Source: Ilumatobacteraceae bacterium | Lineage (GTDB): Bacteria > Actinomycetota > Acidimicrobiia > Acidimicrobiales > Ilumatobacteraceae | Assembly (NCBI GenBank): GCA_031412355.1 | Contig: JANOCR010000063.1 | Span: 1-63,759, forward strand | DNA length: 63,759 nucleotides | Direction of reading: 5' to 3' | Part shown: positions 25,209-33,950 of the stretch, in pieces | Numbering within the stretch: position 1 is the stretch's first letter | Layout: each line of letters opens with the position of its first letter | Program-made: the position numbers and the translations under genes | The notes under the pieces: model-generated | The model's database searches: none | What the model saw: the letters and a program-made list of their open reading frames with translations, nothing else | What the model was told of the DNA's origin: nothing

Positions 25209-27254
25209 TCACCGCCGCTGACGGTCCGCGACCCAGTGATAGAAGCGCTCCTGTGAGTCGCCTTCGGTGAGCAACTCGGGACCGAAGCGCTGCCACGAAT
25301 CGGAAGGCATCAGCTGCCAGCGCACCACATCGTCGGCGAACATGAAGGCGAAGACCTGGTCGAGCCACGCCTGGTGCTTCGCGTGGGTCACCGGCACCAG
25401 CACCTCGATTCGCCGGTCGAGGTTCCGAGGCATCCAGTCGGCCGAACCGATCATGAACAGGGGGCCGCCCTCGTCGCCGTGCCCGAACCGCACGATCCGC
25501 GAGTGCTCCAGATAACGACCGAGGACAGAGCGGACGTGAATGTTGTCGCTCAGTCCCTCGACCCCGGCGCGCAGGCAACAGATGCCTCGTACCGCGAGGT
25601 TGATCTGCACGCCCGCCTGGCTGGCCTCGTACAGGGCGTCGACCAACTGCGGATCGCCGAGCGAGTTCAATTTGGCGGTGATGCGACCCTCGCTGCCGAA
25701 GGTGACCTCGTGCTCGATGAGGTCCAGGAGCTGGGCGCGCAAGTCGCGGGGAGCAACCAGCAACGAGTAGTAGTCGTGTGCCCGGCTGTACCCCGTGAGG
25801 TGATTGAACAGCTGGGCGACGTCGTCGCCGACCGGCGGATCACACGTCAGGAACCCGACGTCTTCGTACAGGCGAGCGGTGCGCGAGTTGTAGTTGCCGG
25901 TGCCGATGTGGCAATACCGGCGCAGGCCATCGTCGTCGGCGCGCACGACCAGCACGCACTTGGCGTGGGTCTTCAAACCGACGAAGCCGTAGACCACATG
26001 CACTCCAGCGCGCTCCAAGGCCTTGGCCCAGGTCACGTTGGTCGCCTCGTCGAAGCGCGCCTTCAGCTCTACCAGAACCGCCACCTGCACACCGCGTTCG
26101 GCGGCGCGGATGAGACTGCGAGCTATCGGGCTGTCGCCGCCGGCTCGATACATCGTCATCTTGATGCTCTGCACCCGGGGATCGTCGGCGGCCTGGGCGA
26201 TGAACGATTCGATGCTGCTGGCGAAGCTCTCGTATGGATGGTGGACCATCAGCGGTCGTTCGCGAATCACCGAGAAGATGCTGCGGTCGGCATCCTCGGC
26301 GGCGCCGATGCGGCCGGCCGTGACCGGCGGCCACGGCCAATCCTTGAGCCCCGGCAGGTCGAGAGCATGCATCTGCCACAGGCAGGTGAGGTCCAGCGGC
26401 GCGCGGTGGGCGGTGACATCGGCGGGATTGAGCTCGAGCTCGCGTAGCAACAGTTCGAGCATCTCATCGCTGATCCCCGCCTGAACCTCGACGCGTACGG
26501 CTCGGCCGAATCGTCGTCGACGAAGTTCCATCTCGACAGCCGCCAGGAGATCGTCGGCTTCTTCGTCGTCCAGGGTCAGGTCGACGTTTCGAGTGACCCG
26601 GAACACCGCGTGCTCTTCGACCACCATCCCCACGAACAGGCTGTGCAACTGAGCGGCGATCAGCTGCTCGGCGGGCAGATATCGGACGCCATCGGGCAGG
26701 CCGACCAGGCGGGGGAAGACCGTTGGAACCTTGACCCTGGCAAATCGACGCTCACCGGTGTCGGGATCGCTGACCATCGCCGCCAGGCTGAGGGCCAGGT
26801 TGGAGATGTACGGAAAGGGATGGGCAGGATCCACGGCCAGGGGTGTGAGCACGGGGAAGATGCGCTGCTCGAAGATGTCGGCCAGGAACATCTTGTCGTT
26901 GTCGTCGAGGTCGTCCCAGCCGATCAGGCGCACTCCCCGCTCGGCCAGTTCGGGTATCAGCACATCGAGCAGAACCTTCTCCTGCTCGATCACGAACGAC
27001 TCGACGTTGGGGCCGATCGCGGCCAGCTGCTGGCTGGGCGTCAACCCTCCAGTCGACGAACCCGCCACACCGGCGGCGACCTGATCCTTCAACGCCGAGA
27101 TGCGCACTTGGAAGAACTCGTCGAGATTCGACGAAGAGATCGCCACGAACTTCAGCCGCTCGAGCAGCGGGATGCCCGGCTCTTGTGCCAGGGCCAGCAC
27201 GCGCCTGTTGAAGTCGAGCCAGCTCAGCTCCCGATTGAGCAGCCGACCGGACAT
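25209..27254 (-). CDS. ppk: polyphosphate kinase 1
   Basis: N-terminal NRELSWLDFNRRVL, the internal HD-type PLD motifs (GLKTHAKCVLV; RYLEHSRIV) and a length of 681 aa all fit. Confidence 0.9.
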   Translation of the reverse strand: MSGRLLNRELSWLDFNRRVLALAQEPGIPLLERLKFVAISSSNLDEFFQVRISALKDQVAAGVAGSSTGGLTPSQQLAAIGPNVESFVIEQEKVLLDVLIPELAERGVRLIGWDDLDDNDKMFLADIFEQRIFPVLTPLAVDPAHPFPYISNLALSLAAMVSDPDTGERRFARVKVPTVFPRLVGLPDGVRYLPAEQLIAAQLHSLFVGMVVEEHAVFRVTRNVDLTLDDEEADDLLAAVEMELRRRRFGRAVRVEVQAGISDEMLELLLRELELNPADVTAHRAPLDLTCLWQMHALDLPGLKDWPWPPVTAGRIGAAEDADRSIFSVIRERPLMVHHPYESFASSIESFIAQAADDPRVQSIKMTMYRAGGDSPIARSLIRAAERGVQVAVLVELKARFDEATNVTWAKALERAGVHVVYGFVGLKTHAKCVLVVRADDDGLRRYCHIGTGNYNSRTARLYEDVGFLTCDPPVGDDVAQLFNHLTGYSRAHDYYSLLVAPRDLRAQLLDLIEHEVTFGSEGRITAKLNSLGDPQLVDALYEASQAGVQINLAVRGICCLRAGVEGLSDNIHVRSVLGRYLEHSRIVRFGHGDEGGPLFMIGSADWMPRNLDRRIEVLVPVTHAKHQAWLDQVFAFMFADDVVRWQLMPSDSWQRFGPELLTEGDSQERFYHWVADRQRR

Positions 27255-27270
27255 CTGCTGTGCGGCCTGC

Positions 27271-27531
27271 TCAGTTGCCTTCTGGAATTCCGAGATCCCA
27301 CTCCAGCGAGATTCGCTCGCGCTCGGCGTCGCGCACGATGCGCTCGCGATTGCGCCGGAACTGAGGATCGTCGCGGGGCAGCAGAACTAGGCGGGCCATC
27401 ACGCGGGTACGGAACTCTTCCAGCACCGTGCGGTCGCCATAGTCGCTGTACAGCTCCCAGTGGGGCGACACCGGGCCTAGGTACACGATACGCACGTGAG
27501 CTCGTGGCGGCTCGTTGACGATGTCGGTCAT
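27271..27531 (-). CDS. hypothetical small protein upstream of ppk
   Basis: 86 aa from ATG 27531, with coding-like composition. Its stop is 16 nt before the ppk start. No family recognised. Confidence 0.45.
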   Translation of the reverse strand: MTDIVNEPPRAHVRIVYLGPVSPHWELYSDYGDRTVLEEFRTRVMARLVLLPRDDPQFRRNRERIVRDAERERISLEWDLGIPEGN

Positions 27532-27653
27532 GGTGTGAATCCTGCAATTCTGTCGGCCGGCAGCGGCCACGCGGCGACGAGTGTATCGGCAGGGGGTGCC
27601 TGGCTATCGCCAGACGACAGTGGTATAAAACCCGACTTGAACGGGAACCAAAT

Positions 27654-27690
27654 CACTTCGCGAGACGTCTATAGCTAGCAAAGCGAAGTG
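27654..27690. promoter_or_regulatory. 8-bp inverted repeat (CACTTCGC / GCGAAGTG) with an AT-rich 21-nt centre, upstream of whiB
   Basis: The arms are at 27654-27661 and 27683-27690. The centre contains the palindromes AGACGTCT and TAGCTA. It lies about 80 nt upstream of the whiB ATG, in the most AT-rich stretch of the window. The function is unknown. Confidence 0.25.
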
Positions 27691-27769
27691 TTGCGGCGAC
27701 CGGAGTCACTCTGGGCTTGGTCGGGCGCACCACTAGACTGCGACACGTCGCGGTCGAGAAGGAGACACG

Positions 27770-28033
27770 ATGCACCGTATCGAGAACCCCACCGAAGTCG
27801 ACACCGTCACGGCCTGGATGGCCGATGGCAACTGTCGCAACTACCCGCCCGCCGTGTTTTTCCCCAGTGATGGCGTTGGTGTCGATCGGGCTCGCAAGAT
27901 CTGCACCGACTGCCCGGTCGCGGCGCAATGCCTCGAATACGCCCTCGAAGAGCGCATCGAACACGGTGTGTGGGGTGGATGCAGCGAGCGCGAGCGTCGT
28001 CGCATCCTCAAGCGCCGTCGGGTTGCCAGCTAG
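27770..28033 (+). CDS. whiB: WhiB-family Fe-S transcriptional regulator
   Basis: Four Cys (C..C-x22-C-x2-C-x5-C pattern: CRNYPP...CTDCPVAAQC), the GVWGG turn and a basic tail. AAGGAG lies 8 nt upstream of the ATG. Confidence 0.85.
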   Translation: MHRIENPTEVDTVTAWMADGNCRNYPPAVFFPSDGVGVDRARKICTDCPVAAQCLEYALEERIEHGVWGGCSERERRRILKRRRVAS

Positions 28034-28061
28034 TCCCCGGCCGGTAGGCGCACCGCGAAAC

Positions 28062-28089
28062 GACGCCGGGGCGACTGGCCACCGGCGTC
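28062..28089. terminator. GC-rich hairpin between convergent whiB and tatA (possible bidirectional terminator)
   Basis: GACGCCGG (28062-28069) pairs with CCGGCGTC (28082-28089) around a 12-nt loop. There is no U-tract, as is common in high-GC actinobacteria. Confidence 0.35.
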
Positions 28090-28109
28090 GGGTAGGAACT
28101 GGGTGAGGA

Positions 28110-28307
28110 CTAGCCCTTGGCGTCGTCGGCAGTCTTTTCCACAGCCTTGTCGTCGGCTGCCTTCTGCCCCTCGGCCAGGCCGTCTTTGAACTCCTTCTGA
28201 GCCTTGCCGAGATTCTTGGCCAGCTTCGGCAGCTGAGCGCCACCGAACAGCACCAAGACGACGACGAGAATCAAGATAATCTCCGGCGGATCCAAGAAAG
28301 CGAACAT
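28110..28307 (-). CDS. tatA: twin-arginine translocase subunit TatA/E
   Basis: A TM helix plus an amphipathic helix is the TatA signature: PPEIILILVVVLVLFGGAQLPKLAKNLGKAQKEFK. Confidence 0.85.
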   Translation of the reverse strand: MFAFLDPPEIILILVVVLVLFGGAQLPKLAKNLGKAQKEFKDGLAEGQKAADDKAVEKTADDAKG

Positions 28308-28360
28308 GCCGTCACGCTACCACCGCCACGCGGCGAGCGGCATGCGGTCGTCCCGTCGAG

Positions 28361-28639
28361 TCAGGCTGACGTACGCCGGCCGGCTTGGGCGCGTTGGCGG
28401 CGCAGACGACGGCGTTCGCGCTCGGACAAACCACCCCAGATCCCGAACTTCTCGCCGTTGACCAACGCGTACTCGAGGCAGTCCAGGCGAACGACGCAGC
28501 CCCGACACACTTCCTTCGCTTCACGAGTCGATGCGCCACGCTCGGGGAAGAACAAGTCGGGGTCGACCCCTAGACAGTTGGCCTCGTCCTGCCAACTGCG
28601 CCCGTCTGTGTCGGTGTGATGATCGATGTGATCCTGCAT
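28361..28639 (-). CDS. whiB: WhiB-family Fe-S transcriptional regulator
   Basis: ANCLGVDPDLFFPE...CRGCVVRLDCLEYAL...GIWGGLSERERRRL. ATG at 28639 is preceded by AGGAGG. Confidence 0.85.
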   Translation of the reverse strand: MQDHIDHHTDTDGRSWQDEANCLGVDPDLFFPERGASTREAKEVCRGCVVRLDCLEYALVNGEKFGIWGGLSERERRRLRRQRAQAGRRTSA

Positions 28640-28848
28640 TGTGGCCTCCTGCCGATCGGCCCCTTCGTTGGAGCGCAATCACGCTCCTGTAATTACACAG
28701 ACGTCATTCTTCCCTAACACACCCGCTTTGCGCAAGGGGGGATTTCGAAATGTCGTCTTGCAGGCATGACGCACGTTGCCCATCGCGTCGGAGACAGACG
28801 CCGCGAAGCGTGTAGTTGGACTCGCGCGGAGCGCGGCTGCCAGTGCCG

Positions 28849-29448
28849 CTAGTCGGTGTCGACCGAGGAGCACAGGTCGTCGCCGAGACGTCCAAGCCAC
28901 GAATCGAGGGCGTTGGTCAAGCGGCGCGTGTCGCCTGTAGCTAACAGGTCCATCACGAGGCCGGTGAACGTGGCCTTGATCAGCGATGCCTGCAGCGCGG
29001 CACGTTCCGGCTTCAAGCCCTCGGCAACCAAACGCCGCTCGACATCGTGACGCCACACGCCGATCTGGTCGGCGCGAACATCGCCGGCCAATCCGGTCAC
29101 GGTGGTCTCGAGCGTTGCCGCTTCATAGTTGAGCCGGACGAGTGCGAGATTCTGCGGCGACGCGCACAACCACCTCCACCACCGCTTGTAGAGCTCGACC
29201 TGCGTCAGTCTCGGCGAGCGCTGCAACCAATTGCGCTGCACCTCGATCTGCTGGTCGATCGCCCGGGCCAGCGCCGCAGTGATGAGTTCGTCCTTCGAAC
29301 CGAAGTGGTGCATCAATCGATTGATGCTGACGCCGAGATCAGCGGCCATCGGACGCAACGTCGTCTGGGCCAGACCCCGTTCAGCGAGGTAGGCGACGAC
29401 CCGATCCAGCAGCTCGCGTTTGAGTTGCGGATCGGGAGTTCGGGCCAC
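28849..29448 (-). CDS. TetR-family transcriptional regulator
   Basis: The N-terminal HTH is TTLRPMAADLGVSINRLMHHFGSKDEL. It lies 6 nt downstream of the PhnD-like gene on the same strand. Confidence 0.85.
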   Translation of the reverse strand: MARTPDPQLKRELLDRVVAYLAERGLAQTTLRPMAADLGVSINRLMHHFGSKDELITAALARAIDQQIEVQRNWLQRSPRLTQVELYKRWWRWLCASPQNLALVRLNYEAATLETTVTGLAGDVRADQIGVWRHDVERRLVAEGLKPERAALQASLIKATFTGLVMDLLATGDTRRLTNALDSWLGRLGDDLCSSVDTD

Positions 29449-29454
29449 GTCGGC

Positions 29455-30192
29455 TCACGTTAGTTGCACGAGTTCGGAAAGTCCCTCGTAGTCCTGCAGA
29501 TCGCGGGCGATGAAGTCGCGGATCTTCAACGTGCGGCGAACGTCGGCCAGCGCGGGGTCGTGCACGGCTTTCGCCAGGGCTCGGCGCAACTCGCCGACAA
29601 GCGAAACCGTCAGGGATCGCGACGACACCAGGGGCAGGCATGGCACACGCGGGCCATGGCCGACCACGGTCAGGCCGAGCCCGTCGATGTGATCCCACGA
29701 CACCGCATCGATCGAGGCCAGGTGCGCACGACCCTGTCGCACCGCTTCGACGCTGCGGGCATGGGCGCCCGTCCACTCGATCGTCTCCAGCCGCACGCCG
29801 TGGGCGCCAGCTGTCGACTGCAGGCTGATCCAACCGGACAGGCTGTCGGGAGAGTTGGCCGCAACCATCAGATCGGCACGATGCAAGATGTCGTCCAACG
29901 AGTCGCCGGTCGCGGTCACCAGCACCGAGCGGTAGGTGCCGTCGACAGCGCCGTCCACATCGAAGTCGAACGTACCGACGACATGAACGGTGGTGGCGAG
30001 TTCGGTGATCAGTGGCCAGCCACAGGTCTGACCGAGCAGTAGATCATCGCGGCGACAAGCGGCGAGGTGGTCGAGATCCCAATCCAGTGCAGGCGTGTCG
30101 AACGGCAGTTGCGTGGACACGTGCTCCCACAGTTGATCGAAGGCGGGACGCAGATTGGTGAACGGATACATCGCCAGCGAGGCGATGGTCAT
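29455..30192 (-). CDS. PhnD/phosphonate-binding-fold (type 2 periplasmic-binding-protein-like) protein without signal peptide
   Basis: MTIASLAMYPF..LRPAFDQLW......LLLGQTCGWP.....VVGT.....YRSVLV matches the signal-less COG3221-like family as I remember it. The ATG overlaps the desaturase stop (ATGA). The remainder of ORF 29455..31086 is an alternate frame of the desaturase. Confidence 0.6.
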   Translation of the reverse strand: MTIASLAMYPFTNLRPAFDQLWEHVSTQLPFDTPALDWDLDHLAACRRDDLLLGQTCGWPLITELATTVHVVGTFDFDVDGAVDGTYRSVLVTATGDSLDDILHRADLMVAANSPDSLSGWISLQSTAGAHGVRLETIEWTGAHARSVEAVRQGRAHLASIDAVSWDHIDGLGLTVVGHGPRVPCLPLVSSRSLTVSLVGELRRALAKAVHDPALADVRRTLKIRDFIARDLQDYEGLSELVQLT

Positions 30193-31121
30193 CGCAGTCC
30201 GCGAGCGCCGAACGGCCGGGCGCCTGGCGAGAGAGGATGGTCGGGCTGGCAGAACGGACGCAGAAAGTTTCGCCTGGCGACTTCGACGTAACCACGGCGG
30301 TACAGGCCGGCCCCCACGGCAGCCAACTCGTCGCCGTCGAGTTGTCGATGCAGTTCGGGAAGGGCGTACCACGGAGTCGACGGCTCGGCGTGATGCGTGT
30401 GATGCAGGTTGTTGTTGAGGTACATCAGCGACATCACCGGGCCGGCTTTCACAACCGCAGACCTGGTTCCTTCGGCAACTGCGCAATGCTCGACGAACGA
30501 GCGCAGGAGGGTGAACGACTGACCCATGACCACGAAGCCAAGCACGTACTCCCAGAGCGGAATAGCGACGACAGCAAACAGCCACCAACTCAATGCGGCA
30601 ACAGCACACAGGTGGGCCGTCCAGCGACGCGCCGCCGCCGGGCTGGAGCTGAGATTGCGGAGCTCGCGCCACAGGTAGCGGCCGATGCTGTGAACTGCGC
30701 CGATGGTCAGTCGCCCGAACATCGTCCGCGTGACGAGTATGTACGTGCGCTTGACCACACCGGCGGACGACCAATCGATGGGTCGAAGGTAGAACGACTC
30801 GGGATCGAACTGGGGGTCGGTGATATCGGTGTGGTGATGCACCATGTGACTCGATCGATAGCCGAGATACGGCAGCCATAGTGACAGCGGAGCAAACGCC
30901 AGCGTGGTGTTGACACCGCGCCATCCTGTCGGGTGACCGTGCAGCGCCTCGTGCTGCAGCGACATGTAGAAGCCACCGAGGAGCGCCAGGACGGCGACTT
31001 CGGCGGGCCACGGCAACGACCGATGCCGCAGGATCACGGCCAGCCACGCGGCATAGAACCCAGCGAACAATCCGAGTGTCAGCCACTCGACCCGACGGCC
31101 CCGTTGTGCCCGCGCCACCAC
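30189..31121 (-). CDS. membrane fatty-acid desaturase family protein (di-iron, three His boxes)
   Basis: The His boxes are HEALHGH, HMVHHH and HHTHH, with hydrophobic segments between them. The start is GTG at 31121. Confidence 0.85.
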   Translation of the reverse strand: MVARAQRGRRVEWLTLGLFAGFYAAWLAVILRHRSLPWPAEVAVLALLGGFYMSLQHEALHGHPTGWRGVNTTLAFAPLSLWLPYLGYRSSHMVHHHTDITDPQFDPESFYLRPIDWSSAGVVKRTYILVTRTMFGRLTIGAVHSIGRYLWRELRNLSSSPAAARRWTAHLCAVAALSWWLFAVVAIPLWEYVLGFVVMGQSFTLLRSFVEHCAVAEGTRSAVVKAGPVMSLMYLNNNLHHTHHAEPSTPWYALPELHRQLDGDELAAVGAGLYRRGYVEVARRNFLRPFCQPDHPLSPGARPFGARGLR

Positions 31122-31216
31122 CGCGTGTCTCCTTCCAGACTCAATTGCCTACATTGTGTATCGGTCTGTGGCCCCAGACCTGGAATAAGACTAGTAAATT
31201 CTCCATATGATAGGGT

Positions 31217-31251
31217 GTTCCACGATACGGGTCGATTCTGCATCGTGGAAC
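31217..31251. promoter_or_regulatory. perfect 10-bp inverted repeat (GTTCCACGAT-N15-ATCGTGGAAC) upstream of the corrinoid operon
   Basis: The arms are at 31217-31226 and 31242-31251. The repeat ends 28 nt before ATG 31280, in the 158-bp divergent intergenic region. It could be an operator or a 5'-UTR hairpin; the function is inferred. Confidence 0.4.
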
Positions 31252-31279
31252 GGCCGGTAGCGAAGACGGAGCCGACGCA

Positions 31280-32002
31280 ATGAGTGAACAAGATGATCTC
31301 GATCTCGCGACGCTGAGCAACGAGGACCTCGTCGCCCAGATGCACGACGATCTGTACGACGGGCTGGCCGACGAGATCCTCGAGGGCACGACGATCCTGC
31401 TCGACCGCGGTTGGGGACCCGACAAGGTTCTGAACGACGCGCTCGTCGAGGGCATGCGCATCGTCGGGATCGACTTTCGGGACGGCATCTTGTTCGTCCC
31501 CGAGGTGTTGCTGGCCGCCAATGCGATGAAGGCCGGCATGGCCGTGCTTCGCCCGCTGCTGGTCGAGACCGGTGCCGAATCGATCGGCAAGGTCGTGGTC
31601 GGCACCGTGAAAGGCGACATCCACGACATCGGTAAGAACCTGACCGCGATGATGCTCGAAGGCGCCGGTTTCGAGGTGATCGACCTCGGCATCAACACCG
31701 ACGTCGACAAGTTCCTGGCTGCCCTCGAAGAACATCAGCCCGACATCTTGGGCATGTCGGCCCTGCTGACCACCACGATGCCGTACATGAAAGTTGTGGT
31801 CGACACGTTGATCGAGAAGGGTCTGCGCGAGAAGTACCTCGTGCTCGTCGGCGGTGCTCCGCTGAACGAGGAGTTCGGCAATGCCGTCGGTGCCGATGCG
31901 TATTGCCGCGACGCCGCCGTTGCCGCGGAGACTGCCAAGGCCTTGGTCAGCGCACGCCGCAACCGCCTGAAGGCCGAGCCCCCCGGCCCGTCGGTGGCCT
32001 GA
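31280..32002 (+). CDS. methyltransferase cognate corrinoid (B12-binding) protein
   Basis: An N-terminal helical cap is followed by a Rossmann B12 domain. The DxHxxG motif is GDIHDIGKN (D-I-H-D-I-G at 31616-31633), followed by GMSALLTTT and LVGGAPL. Confidence 0.85.
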   Translation: MSEQDDLDLATLSNEDLVAQMHDDLYDGLADEILEGTTILLDRGWGPDKVLNDALVEGMRIVGIDFRDGILFVPEVLLAANAMKAGMAVLRPLLVETGAESIGKVVVGTVKGDIHDIGKNLTAMMLEGAGFEVIDLGINTDVDKFLAALEEHQPDILGMSALLTTTMPYMKVVVDTLIEKGLREKYLVLVGGAPLNEEFGNAVGADAYCRDAAVAAETAKALVSARRNRLKAEPPGPSVA

Positions 32003-32018
32003 AGTTACGGATCTGGGC

Positions 32019-32651
32019 ATGACTGTCGCGCCGCTCGTCGTCGCCTGTGGAGCACTCGCATCGGAGCTTCGCGCAGTGTTGAGGGGTCAGGGTCTTGCCG
32101 ACGCAGTCGAGGTCGTATACCTGCCCGCCAACCTGCACAACCGGCCGGAGCGCATCGTTCCCGAGCTCGAACCACTGCTCGACGCCGCTGCCGCGCAACA
32201 GCGCAGCGTGTTCGTGGCCTACGCCGACTGCGGCACCGGCGGCGCGCTCGACGCCTTGCTCGAGCGTCATCCGGGCGTGACTCGGCTGCCCGGTTCACAC
32301 TGCTACGAGTTCTTCAGCGGCGCCGCGCAGTTCGCGGCGATGCACGAAGAAGAGTTGGGAACGTTTTTCTTGACCGACTTCCTCGCCAAGCACTTCGACG
32401 CGCTGCTGTGGCAAGGCCTCGGCCTCGATCGGCACCCTCAACTGCGCGACCTGTACTTCGCCAACTATCGCCGCGTGGTGCTGATCTCGCAGACCACCAG
32501 CGACGCCGTCATCGCGATGGGTCGTGCCGCAGCGGAACGACTCGGACTGGAGTTCGAGCACCGTCACGTCGGGCTGCAACCGTTCACCGATTCCGTCGTC
32601 GGTCCGGTCACCAGCGCCATCGCCGTCTCCATCACCCGGCGGGTGTCGTGA
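32019..32651 (+). CDS. DUF1638 domain protein
   Basis: VVACGALASEL...YLPANLHNRPE...VAYADCGTGGALD...LPG.HCYEFF is the pattern typical of DUF1638 proteins found in corrinoid methyltransferase clusters. Confidence 0.65.
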   Translation: MTVAPLVVACGALASELRAVLRGQGLADAVEVVYLPANLHNRPERIVPELEPLLDAAAAQQRSVFVAYADCGTGGALDALLERHPGVTRLPGSHCYEFFSGAAQFAAMHEEELGTFFLTDFLAKHFDALLWQGLGLDRHPQLRDLYFANYRRVVLISQTTSDAVIAMGRAAAERLGLEFEHRHVGLQPFTDSVVGPVTSAIAVSITRRVS

Positions 32652-33055
32652 TGGCGCGTACCGGTCGAGGCGGACGCGAGCTGATTGTCATCTACTGGCG
32701 CGACATCCCAGCGCAGGTCAACGCCCAAGCAGGACGCGATCGTCACCAGGTCGTGCTCGGCGGCAAGTTCCAACGGGCGATCGACCGCGCCAAACGCAAG
32801 GCCGGGATCTACACCGCTGACGAGGACGTTGCCCAATGGCGACGCGAGAGTCGGCCGATCGAGGGTGACCTTGCGGCCGAGGCCCAGTCGGTCGCCGACG
32901 CGATCGAGCGCGAGTACCGACGCGAACGGCTCGGGTTGCTGGCCTACTACGGCGGCTGGGAGGCCGACGTGGTGTCGACCGACGCCATCGATCGCGACGT
33001 GCTGGCCGCCCTCGAAGAACTCGACGCAGAAGAAGCCGAACAGGAGAACCAATGA
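32651..33055 (+). CDS. small accessory protein ('virulence factor'-domain-like) of corrinoid methyltransferase clusters
   Basis: 134 aa. LIVIYWRDIPAQVNA...G.FQRAIDRAK resembles the domain I recall from such clusters. The ATG shares one nt with the upstream stop, and the stop overlaps the next start (ATGA). Confidence 0.5.
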   Translation: MARTGRGGRELIVIYWRDIPAQVNAQAGRDRHQVVLGGKFQRAIDRAKRKAGIYTADEDVAQWRRESRPIEGDLAAEAQSVADAIEREYRRERLGLLAYYGGWEADVVSTDAIDRDVLAALEELDAEEAEQENQ

Positions 33056-33945
33056 CCGACACGATTGTCAGCTCAGCCACCCGCGAGGTCGTCATCGGCT
33101 TCGAACGCCCCTTCGTGATGATCGGCGAGAAGATCAACCCCACGGGCCGCAAGCTGCTGGCCGAGGAGATGAAGAACGGCGACTTCAGCCGCGTCGAGGT
33201 CGACGCACTCGCGCAGGTTGCCGCCGGTGCACACATGCTCGACGTCAACGCCGGCATCCCCTTGGCCGACGAGCCGGCCATGTTGGCCAGAGCGGTCACG
33301 CTCGTGCAATCCATCACCGACGTGCCCCTGTCGATCGACTCGTCGATCATCGCCGCCCTGGAGGCCGGGCTGGCCGTGTACCAGGGCAAGCCTCTGGTCA
33401 ACTCCGTCACCGGCGAGGAAGAGGTGCTCGAGCGTGTGATGCCGTTGGTGGCCAAGTACAGCGCGGCCGTCGTCGCGATCTCCAACGACGAGACCGGAAT
33501 CTCGATGGATCCCGACGTGCGGTTTGCTGTCGCCAAGCGCATCGTCGAGCGCGCCGCCGACTTCGGCATTCCAGCGTCGGATGTGATCGTCGATCCGTTG
33601 GTCATGCCGATCGGCGCCCTCGGCCAAGCAGGGCAGCACGCCTTTCAACTGATCCGCCGCCTACGCGACGAACTGAAGGTCAACACGATCTGCGGTGCGT
33701 CGAACGTCAGCTTCGGTCTTCCCAATCGCCATCAGGTCACGGGCACCTTCCTGGCGATGGCGATCGGCGCCGGCATGACGTCGGCGATCATGAATCCGAT
33801 GCACCCCGAGGTCAAGGCGGCTGTGATGGCTGCCGACGTGCTGGCCGGCCAGGACAAGGACTGCGCAGCCTGGATCCGCGCCAACCGTGACCCAACCGCC
33901 GCATCCACCGAGCGCGACGGTCGCCGCCGCCGTAGCCGCGCCTAG
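33052..33945 (+). CDS. methyltetrahydrofolate:corrinoid methyltransferase (pterin-binding TIM barrel, MtrH/AcsE/MetH-like)
   Basis: IGEKINPTGRK, MLDVNAG, SIDSS, LVNSV, NVSFGLPNR and MTSAIMNP are the pterin-binding domain motifs. Confidence 0.8.
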   Translation: MTDTIVSSATREVVIGFERPFVMIGEKINPTGRKLLAEEMKNGDFSRVEVDALAQVAAGAHMLDVNAGIPLADEPAMLARAVTLVQSITDVPLSIDSSIIAALEAGLAVYQGKPLVNSVTGEEEVLERVMPLVAKYSAAVVAISNDETGISMDPDVRFAVAKRIVERAADFGIPASDVIVDPLVMPIGALGQAGQHAFQLIRRLRDELKVNTICGASNVSFGLPNRHQVTGTFLAMAIGAGMTSAIMNPMHPEVKAAVMAADVLAGQDKDCAAWIRANRDPTAASTERDGRRRRSRA

Positions 33946-33950
33946 GCCCC

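Noticed and set aside
30193-31086. Upstream 298 codons of the 543-aa ORF 29455..31086. The same logic applies to ORF 35267..37528 upstream of 35960 and ORF 8275..10095 upstream of 8569.
   Set aside because: These extensions overlap better-supported genes in another frame and have junk-like composition. Internal starts with ATGA/GTGA coupling or an RBS give family-typical N-termini.
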